Origin: an uncultured Erysipelotrichaceae bacterium
GTDB taxonomy: Bacteria; Bacillota_I; Bacilli_A; Erysipelotrichales; Erysipelotrichaceae
Direction: 5' to 3'
Assembly: GCA_964369955.1 (NCBI GenBank)
Contig: CAYJFQ010000006.1
Coordinates: 2,763-66,762, forward strand
DNA length: 64,000 nt
The notes beneath the pieces are model-generated. The model was not told where the DNA came from, searched no databases, and worked only from the letters and a program-made list of their open reading frames with translations. Both the position numbers and the translations under genes were made by a program. Position 1 is the stretch's first letter; every line of letters starts with the position of its first letter. Below are positions 30,171-39,475 of this stretch, one piece after another.

Positions 30171-31190
30171 ATGCTAAAAAAAGAGACAACTTATTTAGAA
30201 GATGTATTAGAAGATATTTTTACTATAGAGAATTTTAATTTGGACCGAATTATTTTGAACGGTCTATCAATTAGGCCAGCCCCTTCTGGCGTCAAAGAAA
30301 AAATTAATAGGATTAAAGATGTTGTATTAAACAGGGAATCACTAGAAAGCCTATTTAATGATATTCGGAATGATGAATACCAATTGTTATTAAAAGTTGC
30401 GAATGAAGGAATAGTTGAAGTGTTTGACACTACTGACGCATATTACTTTCTCGCAAAAGGTATATTGTTTCCGTTAAATTTCAATCTTTCAACTTTAAAC
30501 TATTTCATGCCGGAAGATGTCAGGAATACTATTAAGAGTTTAAATTTTGAACTAATCCAAAAACAAGCGAATGAAAATGATAGTTTTTATAATCTGGTAT
30601 GTGCTCAATGTGGCTTCTACGGAGTTGTGAAAGTGCAAGATGTATTCAAATTGCTTCATGATGAAAAAAAGGTTGAATTTAATGAAGAAAGAAAAGCCAA
30701 ATTAATTAAAAAATCACAGAAAATAGACGGAGTGATGTTAAAGGTATTTAATGGAATTAAATATTTCCAATATACAGACCCATTATTAAAAGAAGTATAT
30801 GATGAAATCTTCTTTAAAATAGTCAATGATCATAAAAAAGTCGAAAAGAAACCAATGAAATATCAAGAATTATTAGATTTTCATCATAAAGATATAGATA
30901 GTTATATTAATCAAAGCGAAATATTCCAACAAATGAAAAAAGAATTAATAAAGCATGGGTTTGAAGAAAATAGTTGTGCTATTATAGCAAAAATGCATCT
31001 AGAATCTTTTAATTTATCCAAATATTGTGAGTGTAATTATAATAATCTTGAAAAGTTAATGGAATCAAAAAATATTGAGTTAACATCACGTCAAAAAGAA
31101 ATTATTAAGGAATATAGTTATCTTGCGTATCGAAACTACCCGCTGTGGTTAAACCATGGATGGACACTTGAGGAACTAGATAATCTATAA
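30171..31190 (+). CDS. Hypothetical cytoplasmic protein with no recognisable family
   Basis: 339-aa uninterrupted ORF with a purine-rich SD (GGGGAAAAG). It sits alone between two terminators behind a 230-bp AT-rich spacer. No motif recognised. Confidence 0.6.
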   Translation: MLKKETTYLEDVLEDIFTIENFNLDRIILNGLSIRPAPSGVKEKINRIKDVVLNRESLESLFNDIRNDEYQLLLKVANEGIVEVFDTTDAYYFLAKGILFPLNFNLSTLNYFMPEDVRNTIKSLNFELIQKQANENDSFYNLVCAQCGFYGVVKVQDVFKLLHDEKKVEFNEERKAKLIKKSQKIDGVMLKVFNGIKYFQYTDPLLKEVYDEIFFKIVNDHKKVEKKPMKYQELLDFHHKDIDSYINQSEIFQQMKKELIKHGFEENSCAIIAKMHLESFNLSKYCECNYNNLEKLMESKNIELTSRQKEIIKEYSYLAYRNYPLWLNHGWTLEELDNL

Positions 31191-31197
31191 CTACAAT

Positions 31198-31225
31198 AAA
31201 AAAGCTCGTTAAATTGAGCTTTTTT
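31198..31225. terminator. Bidirectional intrinsic terminator (end of the hypothetical gene and end of the aromatic operon)
   Basis: AAAAAAGCTC / GAGCTTTTTT stem. Confidence 0.8.
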
Positions 31226-31227
31226 CT

Positions 31228-32256
31228 TTATAAATCATTTGCAATATCTAAGATTAATTTTTCTGTTGTTTCCCATCCGATACAAGGGTCAGTAATAGAT
31301 TTGCCATAACAATATTCTTCTTTCTCAATATTATGAGTGCCATCAATCAAGTAACTTTCAATCATCAATCCCTTAACAAGAGTTTTGATTTCTTGATTTT
31401 GTTTTCTTGAGTGAAGAACATCCTTTGCGATTCTCACTTGTTGAGTGTGATCTTTATTGGCATTGGCGTGGCTTGTGTCAATAATTACTGCAGGATTTTG
31501 TAAATTATATTCTTTGTATAGTTGGTTAACTTTCATGATATCTTCATAATGATAATTAGGCCTATTGTTGCCATGACTATCTGTGAAACCTCGAAGAATC
31601 GCATGTGCATATGGGTTGCCAGTTGTTTTTACTTCCCATCCTCTATAAATAAATGTATGAGGACTTTGTGCTGCCTTGATAGAATTCATCATTATTTTAA
31701 ACCCGCCCTCTGTAGGGTTCTTCATCCCTACCGGCACATCTATACCACTTGAAGTAAGTCTGTGTTGTTGATTCTCTACCGAGCGAGCTCCTATTGCTGT
31801 ATAGCCTAGCAAATCAGAGATATAACGGTAGTTCTCAGGATATAACATTTCATCAGCGCAAGAGAAATTGAATTGAGTTAAGATGTCTCTATGAAGATTT
31901 CTAATGGCGATAATACCTCTTAACATATCTTCACTTTCCATAGGATTAGGTTGGTGTAACATCCCTTTATATCCTTGTCCTGTAGTTCTTGGTTTATTTG
32001 TATATACTCTAGGCACTATCAATATTTTATCTTTAACTTTTTGTTGAATTTTAGAAAGTCGTGACATGTATTCTAGTACTGACTCAACATTATCAGCTGA
32101 ACACGGACCAATAATTAATAGAAACTTATCTGATTTACCTGATATGATATCTTTCATTTCTTGATCCACTTGTTTTCTAATTGCTTGTTTTTCTGGGAAT
32201 ATAGGGTATTCCTCTTTAATGTCTCTTGGTATTGGTAATTTTCTGATAAATTCCAT
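31228..32256 (-). CDS. aroG: 3-deoxy-7-phosphoheptulonate (DAHP) synthase, class I-alpha (AroF/G/H type)
   Basis: 342 aa. IIGPCSADN, KPRTT, IGARSVENQQHR, IDTSHANA and GKSITDPCIGWE align with E. coli AroG-type enzymes. The isozyme and its feedback specificity are unknown. Confidence 0.9.
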   Translation of the reverse strand: MEFIRKLPIPRDIKEEYPIFPEKQAIRKQVDQEMKDIISGKSDKFLLIIGPCSADNVESVLEYMSRLSKIQQKVKDKILIVPRVYTNKPRTTGQGYKGMLHQPNPMESEDMLRGIIAIRNLHRDILTQFNFSCADEMLYPENYRYISDLLGYTAIGARSVENQQHRLTSSGIDVPVGMKNPTEGGFKIMMNSIKAAQSPHTFIYRGWEVKTTGNPYAHAILRGFTDSHGNNRPNYHYEDIMKVNQLYKEYNLQNPAVIIDTSHANANKDHTQQVRIAKDVLHSRKQNQEIKTLVKGLMIESYLIDGTHNIEKEEYCYGKSITDPCIGWETTEKLILDIANDL

Positions 32257-32257
32257 G

Positions 32258-33121
32258 CTAATTCTCGCTTTCTATTTTGTCAAATCGCTTTCTTCTTCTT
32301 GTTGAAGTAATCATCATTTCTTTGATTAGTTCAGCGTTATCCTTGGTTAGATAATCTTCCATTCTAATTAGTTGTGTTTTAAAATTACTAATTTGTGTAA
32401 GAAGATCTTCCTTGTTTAATAAGAATAATTCTGTCCACATTTCCTCATTTAATGAGGCAATTCTTGTCAAATCTCTAAATGAATCTCCCGTATAATCTTC
32501 CATATTTGGTTGATCGATGGAATTCATTAAACTAATTGCTATGACATGTGTTAATTGTGAGAGAAAGGCTATCATCTTATCATGTTTATCTGGTGTGATA
32601 ACTGAGATAGTCTTAAAGCCTAAGATTCTTCCTAATTGTTTACAAACACTAATCGCATGTTGGCTATTTTCTTCTGTTGGAACTACTAAGTAGTTAGCTC
32701 CTTTAAATATATTATGGTCACTATAAGTGATTCCTGAATACTCTCTACCAGCCATAGGGTGGGCAGAAATAAATTCAACACCTTCTGGTAGACTGCTATT
32801 TATTTCTTGAAGGATGGCTTTTTTAATGCCACTGACATCAGTAACGATAGTATTAGGGGTAATAAGGTGCCCATTTTCTTTAATCCATTTAACTAATGTT
32901 GTTGGGTATAAACCAAAGATTATTAAATCAGCTTCTTCGATTAATTGCTTATCAACTTCACTACTTCCTTTTTGAATAAAATTGTTCTCAAGGGCATAGT
33001 CTATTGCTTTGTGGTCATTATCGATGGCATTGACTAGATATTGTTTTTTTGTTAATGCTTGTGCGTAACTACCTCCTAACAGCCCCAGACCTACAATTAA
33101 GATATTAGTTTCAATTTTCAT
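32258..33121 (-). CDS. tyrA: Prephenate dehydrogenase
   Basis: 287 aa with an N-terminal Rossmann motif IVGLGLLGGS and the SAHPMAG motif. Confidence 0.85.
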   Translation of the reverse strand: MKIETNILIVGLGLLGGSYAQALTKKQYLVNAIDNDHKAIDYALENNFIQKGSSEVDKQLIEEADLIIFGLYPTTLVKWIKENGHLITPNTIVTDVSGIKKAILQEINSSLPEGVEFISAHPMAGREYSGITYSDHNIFKGANYLVVPTEENSQHAISVCKQLGRILGFKTISVITPDKHDKMIAFLSQLTHVIAISLMNSIDQPNMEDYTGDSFRDLTRIASLNEEMWTELFLLNKEDLLTQISNFKTQLIRMEDYLTKDNAELIKEMMITSTRRRKRFDKIESEN

Positions 33122-34316
33122 TTGTGACCTTCAATCCAAGGGTTTCCATTAATTCAAAGAAGTTAGGAAAACTTTTGTTTACTGCTTGAATATTACTAAT
33201 AATACCACCTGTCAAACTAAGCAAGATACTAAGACTCATTACCAAGCGATGATCATTGTGAGTATTAATTATTTCTTGTGGTTTTTTTATTTTTGTTTGG
33301 TGAACAATTATTTTATTCTCAAAGATTTCCACTTTGACTCCAAACTTAATCAACTCTTCAGCCATACAAGCACCACGATCACTCTCTTTAATCTTTAAAC
33401 GCTGAGTATTGATAAATGTAGCCCCGTTATTAACAGCTGCTACAACAAATAATATTGGCCCTAAATCAGGGCAATCAGCTAAATCCAAGATTGGATGACC
33501 ACTAGCTAGTAAAGGAAAATAATCTAAATAAACTTTATCACCCTGTAAAGAATCATTAGTCAACCCATCAACAACAACATCACCACCCAGATAATTAATC
33601 GCCTCGAAGAAAGCCCCGTTAGAATAATCTTTCTCCACAACTAACTCTCTTGAGGAATAAATCTGATTACCCTTAACTATTAAGTTATCACCATCCCAAT
33701 CAATCTTTACCCCAAAATCAGCTAAAGATTTAATCGTTAAGTTGATGTAAGATCTACTTTCAACTTTTGTAGTAAAACTAATAACACTATCCCCATCCAA
33801 AATCGGTAGAACAAAAAGTAGACCACTAATAAACTGACTACTAACATCACCTTTTAATGAGTATTTACCACTAGCAAGTTTACCCTTAACAGTTAATTCA
33901 TTATCTGTTTGTTTAAATTCAAAGTTATGAGTTTTAGCCAAATCTTGATAGATATCCATCGGTCTCTCTAATAAACGCTTAGCTCCAGTTAACTTATACT
34001 TTTGATTGTTTAATAAACAAAGAGGAACTAAGAATCTAATTGTACTTCCACTCTCATGACAATCTAGAGCTAAACTGCTTAAAGGATTATCCCTAAACCC
34101 TCTAACTTTTAACATATCACCATCTTTAGTAAAAGTGGCCCCAAGCTTCTCTAAACAATTAATAGTAGCTAAGATATCCATCGACTCTTGAATTCCAATC
34201 AAACCACTTTCACCATCAGAAAGGGCAGCGCAAATCAAGGCTCTATGAGCCATACTCTTGCTAGTAGGAGCGCTAACTTTACCAGCAAGTTTACTTATCG
34301 CAATTGAGATATCCAT
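33111..34316 (-). CDS. aroA: 3-phosphoshikimate 1-carboxyvinyltransferase (EPSP synthase)
   Basis: 401 aa. PTSKSMAHRALI, LERPM and HNDHRLVMS motifs are present. The protein is rather short for the family. Confidence 0.9.
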   Translation of the reverse strand: MDISIAISKLAGKVSAPTSKSMAHRALICAALSDGESGLIGIQESMDILATINCLEKLGATFTKDGDMLKVRGFRDNPLSSLALDCHESGSTIRFLVPLCLLNNQKYKLTGAKRLLERPMDIYQDLAKTHNFEFKQTDNELTVKGKLASGKYSLKGDVSSQFISGLLFVLPILDGDSVISFTTKVESRSYINLTIKSLADFGVKIDWDGDNLIVKGNQIYSSRELVVEKDYSNGAFFEAINYLGGDVVVDGLTNDSLQGDKVYLDYFPLLASGHPILDLADCPDLGPILFVVAAVNNGATFINTQRLKIKESDRGACMAEELIKFGVKVEIFENKIIVHQTKIKKPQEIINTHNDHRLVMSLSILLSLTGGIISNIQAVNKSFPNFFELMETLGLKVTNEN

Positions 34317-34756
34317 TAATTATCACCTAAGTAATCAACTAGTTTATCTAAAGCAATTACATAACCTTGTAACCCTTGCCCAACAACTGAACAAAGACAA
34401 GCATCTTTAATATAGTTAATCTTTCTAAACTCTTCACGATTATTAACATCACTAATATGAACTTCAATAGTCGGTAAGTTAACAGCTTTTAAAGCATCAT
34501 AAATTGCAACACTTGTATGAGTATAAGCAGCTGGGTTAATAATTAGACCATCATACTTTTCAAAATAGGCCTCTTGTATTTTATCGACAAGTGCTCCTTC
34601 ATGATTAGACTGATAAAACTCAACTTTTACATTCTTGAATACACTATGTTCATTAATAATTTTTAAAAGGGTTGAGTAATTGCTGTTACCATAGACTTCA
34701 ACTTCTCTAATTCCTAACATATTCAAGTTAGGACCATTAATCACTAATATTTTCAT
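34316..34756 (-). CDS. aroQ: Type II 3-dehydroquinate dehydratase
   Basis: 146 aa with INGPNLNMLGIRE and NPAAYTHTSVA motifs. Confidence 0.9.
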   Translation of the reverse strand: MKILVINGPNLNMLGIREVEVYGNSNYSTLLKIINEHSVFKNVKVEFYQSNHEGALVDKIQEAYFEKYDGLIINPAAYTHTSVAIYDALKAVNLPTIEVHISDVNNREEFRKINYIKDACLCSVVGQGLQGYVIALDKLVDYLGDN

Positions 34757-35979
34757 TTATAATCACGCTTAATTTCACTAACAATCGCTCTTGTAGTTTT
34801 ATCTCCATCAATAATTTTGTCAGCTGAATTCTTATATAATGGCAATCTTTCATTAAACCTTTCTTTCAACATTTGAACATTAGCAGTTAACGGGCGATCA
34901 AAAGCAGCTACTAAGTTCTCAAGACTACGATCAATAAAATAGAGACGCCCATTTCTTTTTAGAGCTGCTACATTAGAAGGATCAATAATAGTCCCGCCGC
35001 CTGTCGCAATAACTGCACCAGTAATTGCCGAAAGACGTTCAATAGTCGTAGCCTCAATTTTTCTAAACTCAACTTCACCAAAATAAACAATTATATCGGC
35101 AGGAGTCATTCCTTTTTCTTTCATTACTTCATCATCTAAATCAAAGAAAGGGCGCTTTAGTTTTTCAGCCAATGCCTTCCCAATCGTTGTCTTACCAGAA
35201 GTCGGCATACCAACTAAAATGATACTTTCTTTCTCTTTCATCATCTCATCATAAACTCTTTCGATTTCTTGATGACTAACTTTAATGTCCATAAATTGCT
35301 CTAAGGCATAAGCTGCTTGAGCTACTAACATGTATAAACCACCAATTGATTTAATTCCTATATTTTGAGCTTCAACAACAATATTGGTTCTTAATGGATT
35401 GTAGATTACATCAACCAAAGCTTCTAAACCTCTAAATCTATTAATATTGATAGGTCTTGTATAATGATTAGGATACATTCCACAAGGTGTTGTATTGATG
35501 ATAATGTCAACATCTTTGTGAGTGGTTAATAAGTCTAAATAACTAGGATCTTTTGAACGAGAGATAATTAAAGTCTCTTCTGCATGCAATTGTTTTGTAA
35601 CGGCTTTTGCCGTTTTACTTGTTCCACCGCTTCCTAAGATTGCGACTTTCTTTCCAGCGACTGAAACATTATTCTTTTCAAGTAAAGCTTTTAATCCCAA
35701 ATGGTCAGTATTATATCCATATAATTTACCATCACGATTAACAATAGTATTAACTGCTCCAATCTCTTCAGCCATTGGATCAACAACATCTAAGTACTGC
35801 ATTACCGTTTGTTTGTAAGGGATTGTAACATTTATACCTAGGAAATTTCGTTTAGTAAGAAAAGCTTCTAATTTTTCAGGTTTAACTTCGTGTAGTTTAT
35901 AATCAATATTTGTAAACTTTCCCAAAATTTCTTTTGAATAACTATGTTCTAATTTCCTTCCTATTAATCCATATTTCAT
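34753..35979 (-). CDS. aroE: Bifunctional shikimate dehydrogenase / shikimate kinase fusion
   Basis: 408 aa. Residues up to about 260 are AroE-like (LEHSYSKEI, ILGSGGTSKTA). The C-terminal ~140 aa are AroK-like, with P-loop GMPTSGKTTIGK and a GGG lid. Confidence 0.85.
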   Translation of the reverse strand: MKYGLIGRKLEHSYSKEILGKFTNIDYKLHEVKPEKLEAFLTKRNFLGINVTIPYKQTVMQYLDVVDPMAEEIGAVNTIVNRDGKLYGYNTDHLGLKALLEKNNVSVAGKKVAILGSGGTSKTAKAVTKQLHAEETLIISRSKDPSYLDLLTTHKDVDIIINTTPCGMYPNHYTRPININRFRGLEALVDVIYNPLRTNIVVEAQNIGIKSIGGLYMLVAQAAYALEQFMDIKVSHQEIERVYDEMMKEKESIILVGMPTSGKTTIGKALAEKLKRPFFDLDDEVMKEKGMTPADIIVYFGEVEFRKIEATTIERLSAITGAVIATGGGTIIDPSNVAALKRNGRLYFIDRSLENLVAAFDRPLTANVQMLKERFNERLPLYKNSADKIIDGDKTTRAIVSEIKRDYK

Positions 35980-37082
35980 TTTCCTGCCTCCATTAAATAA
36001 TCATTGCCATACTTTGTAATTAATAAATCCGCCAAAACAATGGCAATAATACTATCAAGGACAATTCTTCCGCGATGAGCAATGCAAGGATCATGCCTTC
36101 CTACTAATTGATGAGTAACATTTGTCATCTCTAAGTAGTTGATTGTATCTTGACACTTGAATATTGAAGGAGTTGGCTTCATTGCTGTATTAATAATAAT
36201 AGGCATTCCGTTACTAATTCCACCATTTATTCCACCACTATTATTAGTAGTTGTTATCACTTTACCATCGATTAAGCGTATTTGATCATTAGCTTGACTA
36301 CCCTTAATAAGCGCAATCTCAAAACCTGCCCCAAACTCAACTCCTTTAACACCAGGGATACTAAAGATAGCACCAGCTAACATCCCCTCTAAAGTTCCAA
36401 ACCAAGGCTCGCCAACACCGGCAGGTAAACCATAAACAACAGATTCTAAAGTACCACCTACACTGTCTCCTTGTTCTCTAGCATAAAGAATAACTTCTTG
36501 ATATAGTTCGCTAATTTTTGGATCTAAAACTGGAAATTCTTGGACACTTAAGGCTTTAATATCTTCCAAGTAATCACCAAACTCACGATCATAGATCCCG
36601 CCACAACTTTTAAGATGAGTACCAATCATTATATTTTTAGTTTTTAAAGCACTAATTAAGATTGCTCCAGCTGCCACTAAAGCAGCAGTAACTCTTCCAC
36701 TAAAATGACCGCCACCACGATAATCTTGGAAACCGTGGTACTTAACATTAGCCGTATAATCCGAATGACTAGGACGAGCAATTCCGCTAGATTTACTATA
36801 GTCACTGGAATTTTGTTTATTATTGTCGATTGTAATTGTTATTGGAGTACCTGTTGAAAATCCATTAAATACACCACTATGAATTACAAAATTATCTTCT
36901 TCAACTCTGCTTGTTGATAGTTTATTGCTAGGCCTTCTTAAGTTAAGTTGGTGTCTTATAAAATCTAAGTCAATTTTAACTCCACTAGAAATTCCATCAA
37001 TAACTACACCCACAGAAGTTCCATGACTCTCACCAAATAAAGTAACTATTAAATTATTACCAATTGTATTTCTATTCATCAC
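35976..37082 (-). CDS. aroC: Chorismate synthase
   Basis: 368 aa with FGESHG, RPSHSD and GRHDPC motifs. Confidence 0.95.
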   Translation of the reverse strand: MMNRNTIGNNLIVTLFGESHGTSVGVVIDGISSGVKIDLDFIRHQLNLRRPSNKLSTSRVEEDNFVIHSGVFNGFSTGTPITITIDNNKQNSSDYSKSSGIARPSHSDYTANVKYHGFQDYRGGGHFSGRVTAALVAAGAILISALKTKNIMIGTHLKSCGGIYDREFGDYLEDIKALSVQEFPVLDPKISELYQEVILYAREQGDSVGGTLESVVYGLPAGVGEPWFGTLEGMLAGAIFSIPGVKGVEFGAGFEIALIKGSQANDQIRLIDGKVITTTNNSGGINGGISNGMPIIINTAMKPTPSIFKCQDTINYLEMTNVTHQLVGRHDPCIAHRGRIVLDSIIAIVLADLLITKYGNDYLMEAGK

Positions 37083-38079
37083 TAACTCCTTTAATTAACT
37101 CTTCTAATTCAGTTAACTTAATTTTAATAAAATCATACTTACCAAGTTCAGACACTTTGACAATAGTGATAGAATCACCACTAGCTTTTTTATCATGTGT
37201 AGCCGCTTGATAGATAGTTTGATAATCAAAATCTTTATAACTAGTTGGGATTCCTAATCTTTGAAGGATCTTAATTAAACGTGGTTTTAATGAAGTATTA
37301 ATCATTGGAATCATCCCTAATCCTACACACTCACCATGGTATAACTTACCAAGATTAGTGCTTTCAATTCCGTGTCCAATCGTATGCCCGAAGTTTAAAA
37401 CTTTACGAACATTTTGTTCCTTCTCATCAACTACAACAATATCTCTTTTAATTTTAATAGATTCAATAATAATCTTTTGAATATCTAAATGTAATTTCTC
37501 AAACTCTTCAAATAACAAACTATCACAAGTGGTGGCCATCTTTAAGCCTTCCACTAAACCATTATTAATCTGCCTTTTATCTAAAGTATTTAAAACCATA
37601 AAATCTATTAAAACACCCTTAGGTTGATAGAAAGCTCCAACTATATTCTTGTAAGATTGATAATCAATGGCTGTTTTTCCACCAATTGAAGAATCAATTT
37701 GAGACAAAACAGTAGTAGGAACATTATAGAAATCAATTCCACGCATATAAGTAGCACTCACAAAACCAGCTAAATCTCCAACAACTCCACCGCCAACTGC
37801 CACAACACAATCACTCCTTGTGAAGTTACTTTCAATTAACTTTTCAATAATTAATTGATAAGTCTCAATATTTTTATTCTCTTCACCTTCATCAATAGTC
37901 ACAATTATAGAGTTCAATGATTTATCCTTAACCATTTGACTATATATAGCAGGTACACCAGTGTCAGTAACAATACACACTTTACGCTGTAAATTAAAAT
38001 AATGATCAATATTTTTAAGAATATTTTCCCCAAGATGAATAGGGTAACTGTTCTCTGTTAGATTTACTTCAATCTTCAT
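37072..38079 (-). CDS. aroB: 3-dehydroquinate synthase
   Basis: Track ORF 37072..38124. The ATG at 38079 (MKIEVNL) lies 1 nt after the pheA stop. GGGVVGDLAGF and NFGHTIGH motifs are present. Confidence 0.9.
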   Translation of the reverse strand: MKIEVNLTENSYPIHLGENILKNIDHYFNLQRKVCIVTDTGVPAIYSQMVKDKSLNSIIVTIDEGEENKNIETYQLIIEKLIESNFTRSDCVVAVGGGVVGDLAGFVSATYMRGIDFYNVPTTVLSQIDSSIGGKTAIDYQSYKNIVGAFYQPKGVLIDFMVLNTLDKRQINNGLVEGLKMATTCDSLLFEEFEKLHLDIQKIIIESIKIKRDIVVVDEKEQNVRKVLNFGHTIGHGIESTNLGKLYHGECVGLGMIPMINTSLKPRLIKILQRLGIPTSYKDFDYQTIYQAATHDKKASGDSITIVKVSELGKYDFIKIKLTELEELIKGVSDE

Positions 38080-38080
38080 A

Positions 38081-39184
38081 TTATTCACCACTTTCCAAAA
38101 TCGGTTTATTAATATACGAACCAATCACCTTTACACTTAAACACTCTTTATCAAGTTCTTTTAACATCTTAGCGCCTTTTTTACCATTGATGTTACCAAT
38201 GCCTTCGATAATAAAATAATATTCCCAATTATTATCTTTTGTAGGGCGACTTTTTAAGGCTTGAAGATTAAAACCGTTATTCCCAATAATTGAAACAGCT
38301 TTACTTAATGAGCCAGCTTTATTTTTGACGATAAAGAACATAAAAAAACGATCATCATTTTTATTAAGTTGGTTACTAGTTCTAGAGAAGACTGCAAATC
38401 TTGTAGTGTTAGTACTACTTTGATTTATGTTTCTTTCTAACACTTCTAAATTATAAAGCTTCGCAGTTTCACTACTAGCGATTACCGCGGCATCTTTAGC
38501 TAGACTTTCAGACAATTGTTTACCTGCAACTGCAGTGTTGATTGCTTCTATTTCTTGCCAATCTTTATCTTTTAAATAATCACGACATTGAGCTAAAGCT
38601 TGAGGATGGCTAATTACTTTTTTTAGATTTTTGTAGCTTACACCCTTATTAACTAGTAGACAATGGTTAATTGAGAAGCTATAGATGCCATTAATAAATA
38701 ATGAACCCTCAAAAGCTAAATCAATTACATTAGTCACATCGCCATTAGTACTATTTTCAATTGGCAAGACAACACAATCACAATCTCCATCCACAACACT
38801 TTGATAAGCACTGTGAAAGTTAGGGTAATTTAAATGTTGGCCATCTGGAAATATTCTACTACTTGCGATTTGTGCAAATGAACCTTCGACCCCAGAATAG
38901 CTAATTTTCATACCCTCTAAAATATGGTGTTGGTAGCTTTTTGAAAGCTCCATCTTATTTTTTAAGAAGTTTACATAATAACTTCTAAGTGTGACATCGT
39001 CGATATATTGAGAGTTTCTTTCAATAATCTCTAATTCCCTTTGACTATCAAAAACTGGTATTCCATTTTCTTGTTTATATTGAGCTACATTTCTAACTTC
39101 CTTCATGCGAGCTACAAATAAATCAGCCATTTCTTTGTCGATATTATTAATATTTATTCTTGAGTTTTCTAATTTGTTTTTCAT
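38081..39184 (-). CDS. pheA: Bifunctional chorismate mutase / prephenate dehydratase (P-protein)
   Basis: Track ORF 38081..39232. The ATG at 39184 (MKNKLEN) lies 8 nt after SD AAGGGG. AroQ-type CM N-terminus, PDT core (TRF motif) and a C-terminal ACT-like domain. Confidence 0.85.
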   Translation of the reverse strand: MKNKLENSRININNIDKEMADLFVARMKEVRNVAQYKQENGIPVFDSQRELEIIERNSQYIDDVTLRSYYVNFLKNKMELSKSYQHHILEGMKISYSGVEGSFAQIASSRIFPDGQHLNYPNFHSAYQSVVDGDCDCVVLPIENSTNGDVTNVIDLAFEGSLFINGIYSFSINHCLLVNKGVSYKNLKKVISHPQALAQCRDYLKDKDWQEIEAINTAVAGKQLSESLAKDAAVIASSETAKLYNLEVLERNINQSSTNTTRFAVFSRTSNQLNKNDDRFFMFFIVKNKAGSLSKAVSIIGNNGFNLQALKSRPTKDNNWEYYFIIEGIGNINGKKGAKMLKELDKECLSVKVIGSYINKPILESGE

Positions 39185-39200
39185 TTCATACCCCTTATTT

Positions 39201-39246
39201 AAAAAAATAAAGCCTGTTATCAAAATAGTCATCGATAACAGGCTTT
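39201..39246 (-). terminator. Intrinsic terminator (attenuator) immediately upstream of pheA
   Basis: On the minus strand, AAAGCCTGTTATC pairs perfectly with GATAACAGGCTTT and is followed by ATTTTTTT. It ends about 17 nt before the pheA start. Confidence 0.75.
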
Positions 39247-39302
39247 CATCACATTATTTACAAGATATTACATACACACAGCAGCCATTATAACTGTTGG
39301 GT

Positions 39303-39374
39303 TTAGACAATCTTCTTACAAATATTAAGTAAGCCCATATCACAGTAATAATAGAATTTTTCTAGGTTGTTCAT
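39303..39374 (-). CDS. Candidate leader peptide of the aromatic operon (MNNLEKFYYYCDMGLLNICKKIV)
   Basis: 23-codon ORF with SD-like GGAAGGA 8 nt upstream. It contains the consecutive codons TTC TAT TAT TAC (F-Y-Y-Y) and sits between the promoter and the terminator. It is too short for the ORF track. Confidence 0.4.
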   Translation of the reverse strand: MNNLEKFYYYCDMGLLNICKKIV

Positions 39375-39406
39375 ATAAGCTTTCCTTCCATTTTTTAAAC
39401 ATTGAT

Positions 39407-39435
39407 ATTATACATTTTAGTAACCCAATAGTCAA
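39407..39435 (-). promoter_or_regulatory. Near-consensus sigma-A promoter of the aromatic operon
   Basis: On the minus strand: TTGACT (39435-39430), a 17-nt spacer and an extended -10 TGTATAAT (39414-39407). Confidence 0.6.
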
Positions 39436-39475
39436 TAAACTAAAAATAAGTTAAAATAAAAAAAAGTAGGTGCTT

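Noticed and set aside
39185-39405. T-box riboswitch upstream of the aromatic operon, the usual Firmicute solution.
   Set aside because: I found no AGGGUGGNACCGCG-like T-box sequence. I also found no recognisable Stem I specifier loop or AGAGA/GNUGA elements. The only 7-nt bulge arrangement I could draw would need a loop of about 38 nt. A covariance-model scan would be needed for certainty.
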